NCBI GenBank assembly: GCA_963795855.1
Contig: CAWCIZ010000003.1
Coordinates: 896,001 to 960,000 of the forward strand
Origin: Vulcanimicrobiota bacterium
GTDB taxonomy: Bacteria > Vulcanimicrobiota > Vulcanimicrobiia > Vulcanimicrobiales > Vulcanimicrobiaceae
Length of the DNA: 64,000 bases
Reading direction: 5' to 3'
Position 1 is the first letter of the stretch; each line of letters opens with the position of its first letter. The notes beneath the pieces are model-generated. The model was given only the letters and a program-made list of their open reading frames with translations. It was not told the DNA's origin and did not search any database. The position numbers and the translations under genes are program-made. This document shows positions 44,314 through 52,829 of the stretch, in pieces.

Positions 44314-45675
44314 GCATAACGAATCTCCCGCTGGTCGACCGAATTCCGCCGCAAAACTTAGAGGCGGAGATGGCGTTGCTCGGCTCGATTCTCGTCGATC
44401 GCGAGATCATGGGCATCGTGAACGAGATCGTGCGCCCGGACGATCTGTACGCACACGTGCACGAGTCGATCTACGCGGTGCTTCAGCATCTGTACGACCG
44501 CGGCGAACCGCTCGACAAAATTACCGTTGCGGAAGAACTCAAACGCCGGAGCGAACTCGAGAAAGTCGGGGGACTCTCGTACCTCAGTTCGCTGATGGAT
44601 ACGGTGCAGACCGCAGCATCCGCGGCGTACTACGCGAAGATCGTGCGCGAAAAAGCAGTTCTGCGCGGTCTGATTCACGCCGGAACGCGCATCACTCAAC
44701 TCGGCTTCGAAAACGAAGAAGACGTCGACGGCGCGCTCGACCAAAGCGAGCAAATGGTTTACGACATCGGGCGCCGGCAAATGCAGGGCGAGTTTACGCC
44801 CGTGAGCCGCTTGCTCAAACCGGCGTTCGAACACATCGACAAGTTGTTCCACAACCGCGGGGGCCGCACCGGTTTGACGTCGGGCTTCGCCGACATCGAC
44901 GAAATGACGACCGGTTTTCAGCCCGGCAACTTCATCATTCTGGCCGCGCGACCCGGTATGGGCAAGACCTCGTTCGCGCTGAACATGGCGGTCGCAGCAT
45001 CGCGGGAAGAGACCGCGCCCGTCGCGTTCTTTTCGCTGGAGATGTCGAACGACGAGCTGGTCCAGCGTCTGATCTGCGCGGAAGCGGAGATCAGCATGCA
45101 CGACATGCGGCGCGGCAACATCAAGCCGCACCATTGGGAGAAGATCTCCGACGCGATGGGCGTGCTCAACGAGATGCCGATCTACCTCGACGATTCCGGC
45201 GGGCTTTCGGTGTCCGAGATTCGCAGCCGCTGCCGCAGGCTCAAGTCCGGACAGGGACTCTCCGCAGTGTTCATCGACTATCTGCAGTCTGGTGCACCCG
45301 AGCGTGCTGAGCCGAGGCGCGAATCGCAACGAAGAGCTTTCCGATATCTGCCGCACGCTCAAGATGACGGCGAAAGATTTGGGCGTGCCGATCGTTGGGC
45401 TGGCACAGTTGAACCGCGGCGTCGAAGCGCGCACCGATAAGCGGCCGCTTCTGAGCGATCTGCGCGACTCGGGCTCGCTCGAGCAGGAAGCCGACATGGT
45501 CGCGTTCCTTTTCCGCGAAGGATATTACCACAACGAAGCCGCGGAGCCCGACTTGACCGAATTCATCATCGCGAAACATCGAAACGGGCCGACGGGAACC
45601 GTGAAATTGCGCTTTCAGCGCGAGTTCACGTTGTTCCGGCCGTACGGCGACGCGACGCACTACCCGACGCCGTGA
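44310..45675 (+). CDS. dnaB: replicative DNA helicase (1-bp insertion at 45288)
   Basis: PPQNLEAE, AARPGMGKT, FSLEM, IDYLQLV after removing one base, QLNR, LRDSGSLEQEAD, KHRNGPTG. Confidence 0.97.
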
Positions 45676-46016
45676 ACGGCCTGAAGCTCTCGCACCTCAG
45701 TTTGGGCGTCAGCGATCTCGCCGCGTCCGAAACGTTCTACCGCGACGTTTTGACGCTGCCCGCCGAGCGCGTCGGCGACGACGTTCGCGTGCAATGGCCG
45801 GATTTTTTGCTCGTCATCACGGAGAAGCCGCCGGCCGATCGCAGCAAGTTCCATTTCGGCTTCCGCGTCGGCAGTGAAGCGGAAGTGGACGCGTGGGCCG
45901 AGCGCCTGCGCGCGCACGGCGTGCAAATCATTTCGGGACCGGCGAGCGGCGACGGTTTGCGTCAACTCTTCTTCCTGGATCCCGACCAGTACGTCGTCGA
46001 AATTTACGCCAAATAG
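45672..46016 (+). CDS. VOC/glyoxalase family protein
   Basis: HLSLGVSDL, HFGFRV, FFLDPDQYVVE; GTGA coupling to dnaB. Confidence 0.88.
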   Translation: MNGLKLSHLSLGVSDLAASETFYRDVLTLPAERVGDDVRVQWPDFLLVITEKPPADRSKFHFGFRVGSEAEVDAWAERLRAHGVQIISGPASGDGLRQLFFLDPDQYVVEIYAK

Positions 46017-46210
46017 CTTCGCGCGGCAAGCGCGCGCAGATCGTCGAACGCGTAGACGACGTCATCGAACACACCGGAGTCTACGTTGATCCCCTGCGGC
46101 ACAAGACCGCGATATGATGCTTCCCAGGCGGCGACGTGCACCGCGGCGAGGGCTTCGGAGTCGCTCGCGACGCCCGCGCGTATGGTAAACTGCACGGACG
46201 CCTTTTTCAT
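46004..46210 (-). pseudogene. truncated GNAT acetyltransferase N-terminus
   Basis: IRAGVASDSEALAAVHVAAWEASYRGLVP is a typical GNAT start; the acetyl-CoA-binding half is missing. Confidence 0.55.
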
Positions 46211-46222
46211 TGAAGGACGGTA

Positions 46223-46253
46223 TTGACCCTCACGTAAGGTCATACTCTATCGT
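46223..46253 (+). promoter_or_regulatory. MerR-type promoter/operator TTGACC-N19-TATCGT with dyad
   Basis: 19-bp spacer and inverted repeat TGACC..GGTCA overlapping -35 and the spacer. Confidence 0.8.
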
Positions 46254-46271
46254 CCTTGGTGAGGAATCCCG

Positions 46272-47051
46272 ATGCAAGCACCGCCGACAAACCTTCGACG
46301 AGCCAAGCAGTTCGCCCAAGAAGCCGGAGTAACGGTAAGGACGCTGCACGTCTACGACCGTCTCGGACTGCTGCGGCCCGCCGCGCGCTCCGCTTCCGGT
46401 TATCGCCTGTACGGCGAGGCCGAACTCGAACGTCTCGAACAGATTTTGGCGCTGCGCTTCGTCGGGTTTCGACTCGAACACATCAAGGAGCTTCTGCAAG
46501 GTCCGAAGTGGCCACTCGTCGCCGCTCTACGAATGCAGCGCGAGATCATCGCACAGCAACAGCGCAAACTCGACGCCGCGGCGCAGGCTATCGAACGTGC
46601 GGAATCGGCGCTCGACGGCGCCGAATCGGCAGACCGGTGGCAGATCCTCCTGAACATCATCGAGGCGTTCAAAATGGAAAACGAATGGAGCTGGACGGAA
46701 AACTATTACAACGAGGAGGCGCGCGAAAAACTCGCGCAGTACCGGAACGACACGCCGAAGGAAGTCGTGGAGGAAGGGGAGCGTGATTGGGCCGCGCTCA
46801 TCGCCGAAGTCGAAGAGGCCGCCTCGCGCGACGAGGACCCTGCGACCGAAGCTGCGGGACAACTAGCGAACCGCTGGTGCGCCCTGGTGCGCCGGTTCAC
46901 GCGCGGCGATGCCGACGTGCAGCAAGGCTTGAATCGGTTGTGGTCCGATCCGACGCATTGGCCGAAGAATTTCAAGAAGCCCTGGAGCGACGCGGCGGAC
47001 GCGTGGATCAAACGCGCTATGACATCAGCGCGGCCCAGTCCTGACGGCTGA
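46272..47051 (+). CDS. MerR family regulator with TipAS-like C-terminal domain
   Basis: AGVTVRTLHVYDRLGLL.P..RSASGYRLY; DPAT..AGQLANRW. Confidence 0.92.
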   Translation: MQAPPTNLRRAKQFAQEAGVTVRTLHVYDRLGLLRPAARSASGYRLYGEAELERLEQILALRFVGFRLEHIKELLQGPKWPLVAALRMQREIIAQQQRKLDAAAQAIERAESALDGAESADRWQILLNIIEAFKMENEWSWTENYYNEEAREKLAQYRNDTPKEVVEEGERDWAALIAEVEEAASRDEDPATEAAGQLANRWCALVRRFTRGDADVQQGLNRLWSDPTHWPKNFKKPWSDAADAWIKRAMTSARPSPDG

Positions 47052-48030
47052 TCCGCAAGTCATCTTCGTTCATCTGCGCGAGCGGTTTTTGCGGAAGCCG
47101 CTCGCGCTCGCACAGGTCGCGCGCAGAGGTTTCCACGTACAGCAATCCCGTCGCCAGCTCTCCGCGGTTGCGGGCCTCGTTCATGACGCGCAGTGCTTCC
47201 ATGCGATCCGACGCGTCGTAGTCGCGCTCGAGCTTGCGCAGCAGCACCCGGTTTCCGTTGTCGAAGGTTATTTCCTGAACCGTTCCGGGTTCATAGTCTA
47301 CCGTGATTTCCGTACTGCCGGCGATGAAGTCCGCGGTGTGCAGTACCGCGTGATGTTCCTTGATGTAGTTGTAACTCTTCGTCGATCCTTCGTGATCGTT
47401 GAAGGTCACGCACGGGCTGATGACGTCGAGCACCGCGATGCCGCGGTGCGAGAATGCCGCCTGAAGCAGCGGGATCAGCTGTTTTCCGTCGCCCGAAAAC
47501 GATCGCGCAACGAACGTTGCGCCCAGTTCGACCGCGAGACCGCAGACGTCGATCGTCTCGAATTCGTTGACTTGCCCTTTCTTGAGCACCGAACCGCGAT
47601 CCGCGGTGGCGGAGAACTGCCCTTTAGTCAACCCATAGCAGCCGTTGTCCTCGATGATGTACGTCGCGTCGACGTTGCGGCGGATCATGTGGCAATACTG
47701 TCCCAGGCCGATGCTCGCAGTATCACCGTCGCCGCTGATCCCCAGCACCATAAGCTCCCGGTTCGCGACCTTCGCGCCGGTCGCCAGCGACGGCATCCGT
47801 CCGTGGACGCCGTTGAAGCCGTGCGCGCGCTCGACGAAATAGGCAGGCGTCTTCGAAGAGCAGCCGATGCCGCTCATCTTCGCAAGCTTGTACGGATCCA
47901 CGCCGTATTCGTAGAGCGCCTTGATGAGATGGTTGGTTATCGAATTATGCCCGCAGCCGGCGCACAGCGTGCTCGCCGCGCCTTTATAGACGTCGCGGGG
48001 TAATCCGAGGACGTTCACGTTCGAATTCAT
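47017..48030 (-). CDS. korB: 2-oxoacid:ferredoxin oxidoreductase beta subunit
   Basis: CAGCGH, SGIGCSS, HGR, GDGD TPP motif, YGLTKGQ, SPCVTFN. Confidence 0.93.
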   Translation of the reverse strand: MNSNVNVLGLPRDVYKGAASTLCAGCGHNSITNHLIKALYEYGVDPYKLAKMSGIGCSSKTPAYFVERAHGFNGVHGRMPSLATGAKVANRELMVLGISGDGDTASIGLGQYCHMIRRNVDATYIIEDNGCYGLTKGQFSATADRGSVLKKGQVNEFETIDVCGLAVELGATFVARSFSGDGKQLIPLLQAAFSHRGIAVLDVISPCVTFNDHEGSTKSYNYIKEHHAVLHTADFIAGSTEITVDYEPGTVQEITFDNGNRVLLRKLERDYDASDRMEALRVMNEARNRGELATGLLYVETSARDLCERERLPQKPLAQMNEDDLRISRQDWAALMS

Positions 48031-49832
48031 TACGCGGGCACCATTTTCTCGGCTGAAAGGATTGGTTCGGTAACGGCGCGAGCGTCGATAGGCACGCCGT
48101 TGTAGTGGCGTACCGACTGCAGGCGTTCGAGAAGATGCGCGGGCAGTTCGGTGCGAAGCAGCGCGTGCAATTGCCCGTCGCGATTCTGCTCGACGACGTA
48201 TACGCGATCGTGGCGTTCGATGAACGCGGCCACGTCTTGCGAAAACGGCAGCGCGCGTACGCGAAGGTAATCCATTTCCAGGCCTTCCTCGCGCAAACGA
48301 TCGCGCGCCTCGATCACCGCATGGTGCGTCGTGCCGTACGCCAGAATGGCGACGGGACGGCCGGCTTCGTCCGAAAGAGGCTGCGGAACGAACGTTCGCG
48401 CCGTTTCGTGCTTGCGCGAAAGCCGGTCGAGATTGCCGCGGTACACGTCGGGATTCTCGGAGTAGTTCGCCTGTTCGTCGTGACCGGATCCGCGCGTGAA
48501 ATAGCCGGCGAGCGGATGCGCCGTACCCGGAAGCGTGCGGTAGGGTATGCCGTCGCCTTCGACGTCGCGATAGCGGCCCCACGTCTTCACTTCGTCCAGT
48601 TTGGCGGCGTCCAGAATTTTACCGCGATCGAACGGCTTTTCCGGATACGCAAGCGGCGCCGTCATCCACAGGTTCATGCCCAGGTCCAAGTCGCTAAGCA
48701 CGAACACGGGCGTTTGAAAGCGGTCGGCCAAGTCGAACGCTTGCATCGAAAACTCATACGCTTCCTCGACGGTGCCCGGCAGCAGAACGATATGCTTCGT
48801 ATCGCCGTGCGAGAGCGTGTAGGCGAATGCGACGTCGCCTTGCAGCGTGCGCGTCGGCAGACCCGTAGACGGCCCGGCGCGCTGCACGTCGAAGATCACG
48901 CCCGGCAATTCGGCGTAGTATCCCAGGCCCGCGAACTCCGCCATCAGCGAAAGCCCCGGACCGGAGGTCGAGGTCATCGCGCGCGCTCCGGCCCACGTTG
49001 CGCCGAACACCATACCGATCGCCGCGAGTTCGTCCTCGGCTTGCAAGATTGCGGCTTTGCGCGTGCCGCTCTCCTTGTCGACGCGGAAGCGGTCGCAGTA
49101 TTGAATGAAGGACTCGCAGAGCGACGACGATGGCGTGATGGGGTACCACGCCGCGACCGTGCATCCGCCCATGACGCAGCCCAGCGCGGCCGCGCTGTTG
49201 CCGTCCATCAGCAGCAAGTCTTCGGTCTTGCCGCTCATCGGCTGCAAGCGGTAGAGATCCGTCTTGGTCAGGTTCGCCGACGCGAACTCCGAACCCACAC
49301 GCACGGCGTCCATATTCGTCTGCACGGCCTTGGGTTTCGTTTTGAACTGACCGCGGAGCGCCGCCTCGATCGTGTCGACCCCAATGCCGAGCAGATGCGC
49401 GAGCACGCCGACGTAGATCATGTTCGTCAGGTATTTGCGCAAGCCGCCGTCGCTCACGTGCTCCTTCGCGAGTTTCGCGAACGGCACGGGGTAATACGTG
49501 ACGTCCTCGCGCGCCGCATCGCCCGTTACCGCGTATGCCGCTTCGTGAACCACTACGCCGCCCGAGCGCACGTCACGCACGTCGGCGTGCCAGGTCGTCG
49601 GATTGAGCGCGACCAGTATGTCGACGTCTCTGCTGCGGCACCGATATCCTTGCGGCGAGACGCGCACGTCGAACCACGTGGGCAGCCCCTCGATGTTGGA
49701 CGGGAAGACGTTTTTCGGGGCAACCGGGATCCCCATGCGGAAGATCGCGTTGGTCAAAACGAGATTGGCCGACTGACTTCCGGAGCCGTTCACCGTCGCA
49801 GCGCGGATGGTGAGATCGTTGGCGGTGTTCAC
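48030..49832 (-). CDS. korA: 2-oxoacid:ferredoxin oxidoreductase alpha subunit
   Basis: YPITPSS, QAEDELAA, TSGPG, QRAGPSTGLPT, EQN. Confidence 0.93.
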   Translation of the reverse strand: MNTANDLTIRAATVNGSGSQSANLVLTNAIFRMGIPVAPKNVFPSNIEGLPTWFDVRVSPQGYRCRSRDVDILVALNPTTWHADVRDVRSGGVVVHEAAYAVTGDAAREDVTYYPVPFAKLAKEHVSDGGLRKYLTNMIYVGVLAHLLGIGVDTIEAALRGQFKTKPKAVQTNMDAVRVGSEFASANLTKTDLYRLQPMSGKTEDLLLMDGNSAAALGCVMGGCTVAAWYPITPSSSLCESFIQYCDRFRVDKESGTRKAAILQAEDELAAIGMVFGATWAGARAMTSTSGPGLSLMAEFAGLGYYAELPGVIFDVQRAGPSTGLPTRTLQGDVAFAYTLSHGDTKHIVLLPGTVEEAYEFSMQAFDLADRFQTPVFVLSDLDLGMNLWMTAPLAYPEKPFDRGKILDAAKLDEVKTWGRYRDVEGDGIPYRTLPGTAHPLAGYFTRGSGHDEQANYSENPDVYRGNLDRLSRKHETARTFVPQPLSDEAGRPVAILAYGTTHHAVIEARDRLREEGLEMDYLRVRALPFSQDVAAFIERHDRVYVVEQNRDGQLHALLRTELPAHLLERLQSVRHYNGVPIDARAVTEPILSAEKMVPA

Positions 49833-49833
49833 G

Positions 49834-50361
49834 CTAATCTATTCGGGAAACCACGCCTTCTTTCATGTACGAGCGCGAAAGCGCGACGTACTCGGCGGCG
49901 CTGCCGTCAATCCAGCGGGCTGCCTCACCCTCGATGGACTTTTTCACTTTTGCAGGCGATCCGGCAGCCAGCACCCCCTCCGGAATCTGCGCTCGCTCGC
50001 CGACGACGCTGCCGGCGGCAATCAGCGAGCGCGATCCGACGACCGCGCCTCCCAAAATGACGGCGTTGCTGCCGACTAAGGCAAACGGCTCGATGCGGCA
50101 ATCTTCCATCACGGCGCAGTGCCCGACGGTAACGTCGTCTCCGACGATCGTTTCGCCGTGCTCGCTCACGTGCAGGACGCAGTTGTCCTGAATCGACGTG
50201 CGAGCCCCGATGCGGATCGGTCCGTTGTCGCCCCGAAGCACGGCCCCGAACCAGATGCTCGACTCCTCCCCGACTTCCACATCGCCGATCAGCACGGCCG
50301 TCGGTGCCACGAACGCCGACGAATGCATGCGGGGGCGTTTCCCCCGGTATTCAATGATCAT
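49834..50361 (-). CDS. gamma carbonic anhydrase family protein
   Basis: Hexapeptide repeats; IGDV, VLRGD, QDNCVLH, TVGH. Confidence 0.9.
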   Translation of the reverse strand: MIIEYRGKRPRMHSSAFVAPTAVLIGDVEVGEESSIWFGAVLRGDNGPIRIGARTSIQDNCVLHVSEHGETIVGDDVTVGHCAVMEDCRIEPFALVGSNAVILGGAVVGSRSLIAAGSVVGERAQIPEGVLAAGSPAKVKKSIEGEAARWIDGSAAEYVALSRSYMKEGVVSRID

Positions 50362-50391
50362 TTGGCCCTCCGAAGGAAACCCCACATTCGT

Positions 50392-50646
50392 ATGCACCGC
50401 CACAACACCCCGCTGCGAGGCGTGAAGGCGACCCCGCGGCCCAAAACCGGCGATCCGAACTACACGGCCGTGAATTATGCGTATGCCGGCAAGACGGGTC
50501 ACATTCACGAGGTGGTTACCGTCGGCGGGCGAGAGCTGGCCAAGGTCGGCTTCGACGACAGAAAGATCGTCTATTACTATCTCGACGATCTCGACCTGGA
50601 CCGCTCGGCCAAGCGCGGAACGTTCCATGACACCGATCGAGGGTAG
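50392..50646 (+). CDS. small hypothetical protein, SH3/KOW-like (start 50392 or GTG 50422)
   Basis: YAGKTGHIHEVVTVGGRELAKVGFDDRKIVYYYLDDL beta-strand pattern; fills the intergenic gap. Confidence 0.6.
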   Translation: MHRHNTPLRGVKATPRPKTGDPNYTAVNYAYAGKTGHIHEVVTVGGRELAKVGFDDRKIVYYYLDDLDLDRSAKRGTFHDTDRG

Positions 50647-50721
50647 GCTACCGTACGTCGTAAGGGACACTTTACATATACTTAACACATGCAGCCTTGA
50701 AGTTGGTCCCTAAGGCCTAAA

Positions 50722-50769
50722 CTTAGCGCTCGCTTAAACGCCGCTAAGCGGTATAATAACTCAGGGTAA
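50722..50769 (+). promoter_or_regulatory. promoter region with TATAAT, GGGTAA and inverted repeat CTTAGCG-N13-CGCTAAG
   Basis: TATAAT at 50752, GGGTAA at 50764, dyad 50722-50748, upstream of the lipoprotein operon. Confidence 0.5.
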
Positions 50770-50820
50770 ACATCCACACCAAGCAAGCGCGTCATGGATG
50801 GCGCTGGGGGAGAAATCGCG

Positions 50821-51814
50821 GTGCAAAATCGTCTTATGCGAGGCGCTCTTTTCTTTTTGGGCTTAGCCCTCGCAGGCTGTTCTACGCAAGGATCGCAGAA
50901 CGTTCCGCAGGGCGGGGTCACTCGCCCACCGAGCGGTCCGGCGCTGCAAGCGCCCGCCCTTCGGCGGCCTATGGACGTTTGGGGCGGTCCATCCGGACTG
51001 TTCCGCATGTTGAATTCGCTTTTAGGAGACTCCGCGCCGACGATCGGGGGGAGGACGCTCGCGCACTTCTACGTCGGCGTGCGTGAGATCGACGCTATTC
51101 AAAACGGACAGAGCGTCGTGCTCGGTTCGTCGTCGACGCCGTATCAGATCGACTTGCTCCAGTATCAAAACGGCAGCGGCGATTGGATGACGCAGACGAG
51201 CGTTCCGGCGCAGACGTACACGCAACTGCGCTACGTTTTCGACGTCGGCAGCACGCAGGCGGTTTTCGCGGACGGCAGCACGATGCCGGTCCGATTCAAC
51301 GCCGGACCTTCGCGCAGTTCCTCGGGTGAAGGCGCGTCCACGTCGACATCGGCCGACTCGACCTATGCGAACGCGGTAGACGTCGTCGTGAACACGCAGC
51401 TAACCGTGCAGTCCGATTCGGATACCGTGGCGGCGGACTTCAACCTCGCCGAATCGTTGGGTCAAGCGCCGGGCGCGCTGGTCGTTCGTCCGGTGGTCTC
51501 AGCCGCAGCCGATCCGGGTCAAATCAACGGAACGGTGCAGAACGCTAACGGCAACGGCGTGCAAGGCGCCACCGTGGTCGCGTACGGTTCCAACGGCGCC
51601 GCGGTAAATTCCACGGCGACGGATGCGAGCGGCGCGTTCAATCTCCATGCGCTGCCGGCCGATACATATCAGACTCGTGATCTATAACAATTACACGAAC
51701 GCGGCCGGCTACCGGACGAACGCGTCCGGCCAGACGTCGAACGGTTCGGTCAGCGGACCGTCGGTTTCCGTTACTTCGGGAAGCACTGTTTCTGCCGGAA
51801 CCATCGGCGACTAA
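50821..51814 (+). CDS. lipoprotein, DUF4382-like + carboxypeptidase-regulatory-like domain (frameshift at 51673)
   Basis: SD GGGGGAG; lipobox LAGC; GQINGTVQNANGNGVQGATV...TDASGAF. Confidence 0.8.
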
Positions 51815-51835
51815 TCGGGACGGAGAGACACAAAC

Positions 51836-52823
51836 ATGAAGCGTACAGCTTTACACCTGTGTGCTCTAGCGACGGCGTGCACCCTAGCCGCGTGCGGATC
51901 CGGTTCGAATCCGAATCCGCCGGCGCAAGTGCCGCAGTCGGGCCCAGGTTTGATACGGCCGATGGACGTCTGGGGCGGACCTAGCGGTTCGCGACTGAAC
52001 GTTCTGCTCGGCGACGCCGCGCCGGATTTGGGCGGCAACAAACTCCAGCATCTCGATCTCGGCATAAAAGAGATCGATGCAATCGACAACAGCGGACAAA
52101 CCACGGTACTGGCTTCGTTCGAAACGCCGCGCGTCGTCGACGTGCTTGCGCACCAACGCGACGACGGCGAATCCGTGGCCGACGCGAACGTCAGCCGCAC
52201 CAGTTATCAAGAGTTACGGCTGGTGGTGGACCTCAGCTACAGACTTCGCCAAGTTCAGCGGTGCGCCGCGAGTGCCGGTCAACTTCCTGGTCAACGTGGC
52301 CAGTGCCAGCAGCGTCAACGCCGGCGTGACGACGCTCACGACGAGCGACGGACCGGGAGCGGTAGACGTGCTGGTGAAGCAGGCGTTTTCCATCGCGGAC
52401 GGTGGCCACCAATCGGTTCGCATGGACTTCAATGCGTTCGAATCGCTGACGCTCGACCAGTCGGGAACGCTCCTCGCGCGACCGACGATGTTCGTAGCGC
52501 CCGTCGACGAGATGGGCAGCGTGAGCGGCCGCGTGCTGGACTCCAGCGGGAATCCGGTCCAGAACGCAACGGTCGCGGCGATCGCGCCGGACGGTTCGGT
52601 CGGCAATACGGACTGGACCGGGCCGCGAGGACACTTCAGCATCGGCACGCTGCGTGCCGGAACGTATCAGCTCGTCGTCTACAACGCGTACACGACGGCT
52701 GCCGGACGCGCAGTCACCGCATCGGGGGTTAGCAGCGCCAACGCCTCAATGCAATCCATCTCCGGGCCGAACGTTACGGTAACGGGCGGCAAAAACACTG
52801 CTGCAGGCATCATCAAGGACTGA
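51836..52823 (+). CDS. paralogous lipoprotein, DUF4382-like + carboxypeptidase-regulatory-like domain (frameshift at 52243)
   Basis: Lipobox LAAC; GSVSGRVLDSSGNPVQNATV...GTYQLVVYN. Confidence 0.8.
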
Positions 52824-52829
52824 TCGACG

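Noticed and set aside
44310..45675. Intein or split intein in dnaB
   Set aside because: Removing one base gives a normal ~454-aa DnaB with no inserted sequence
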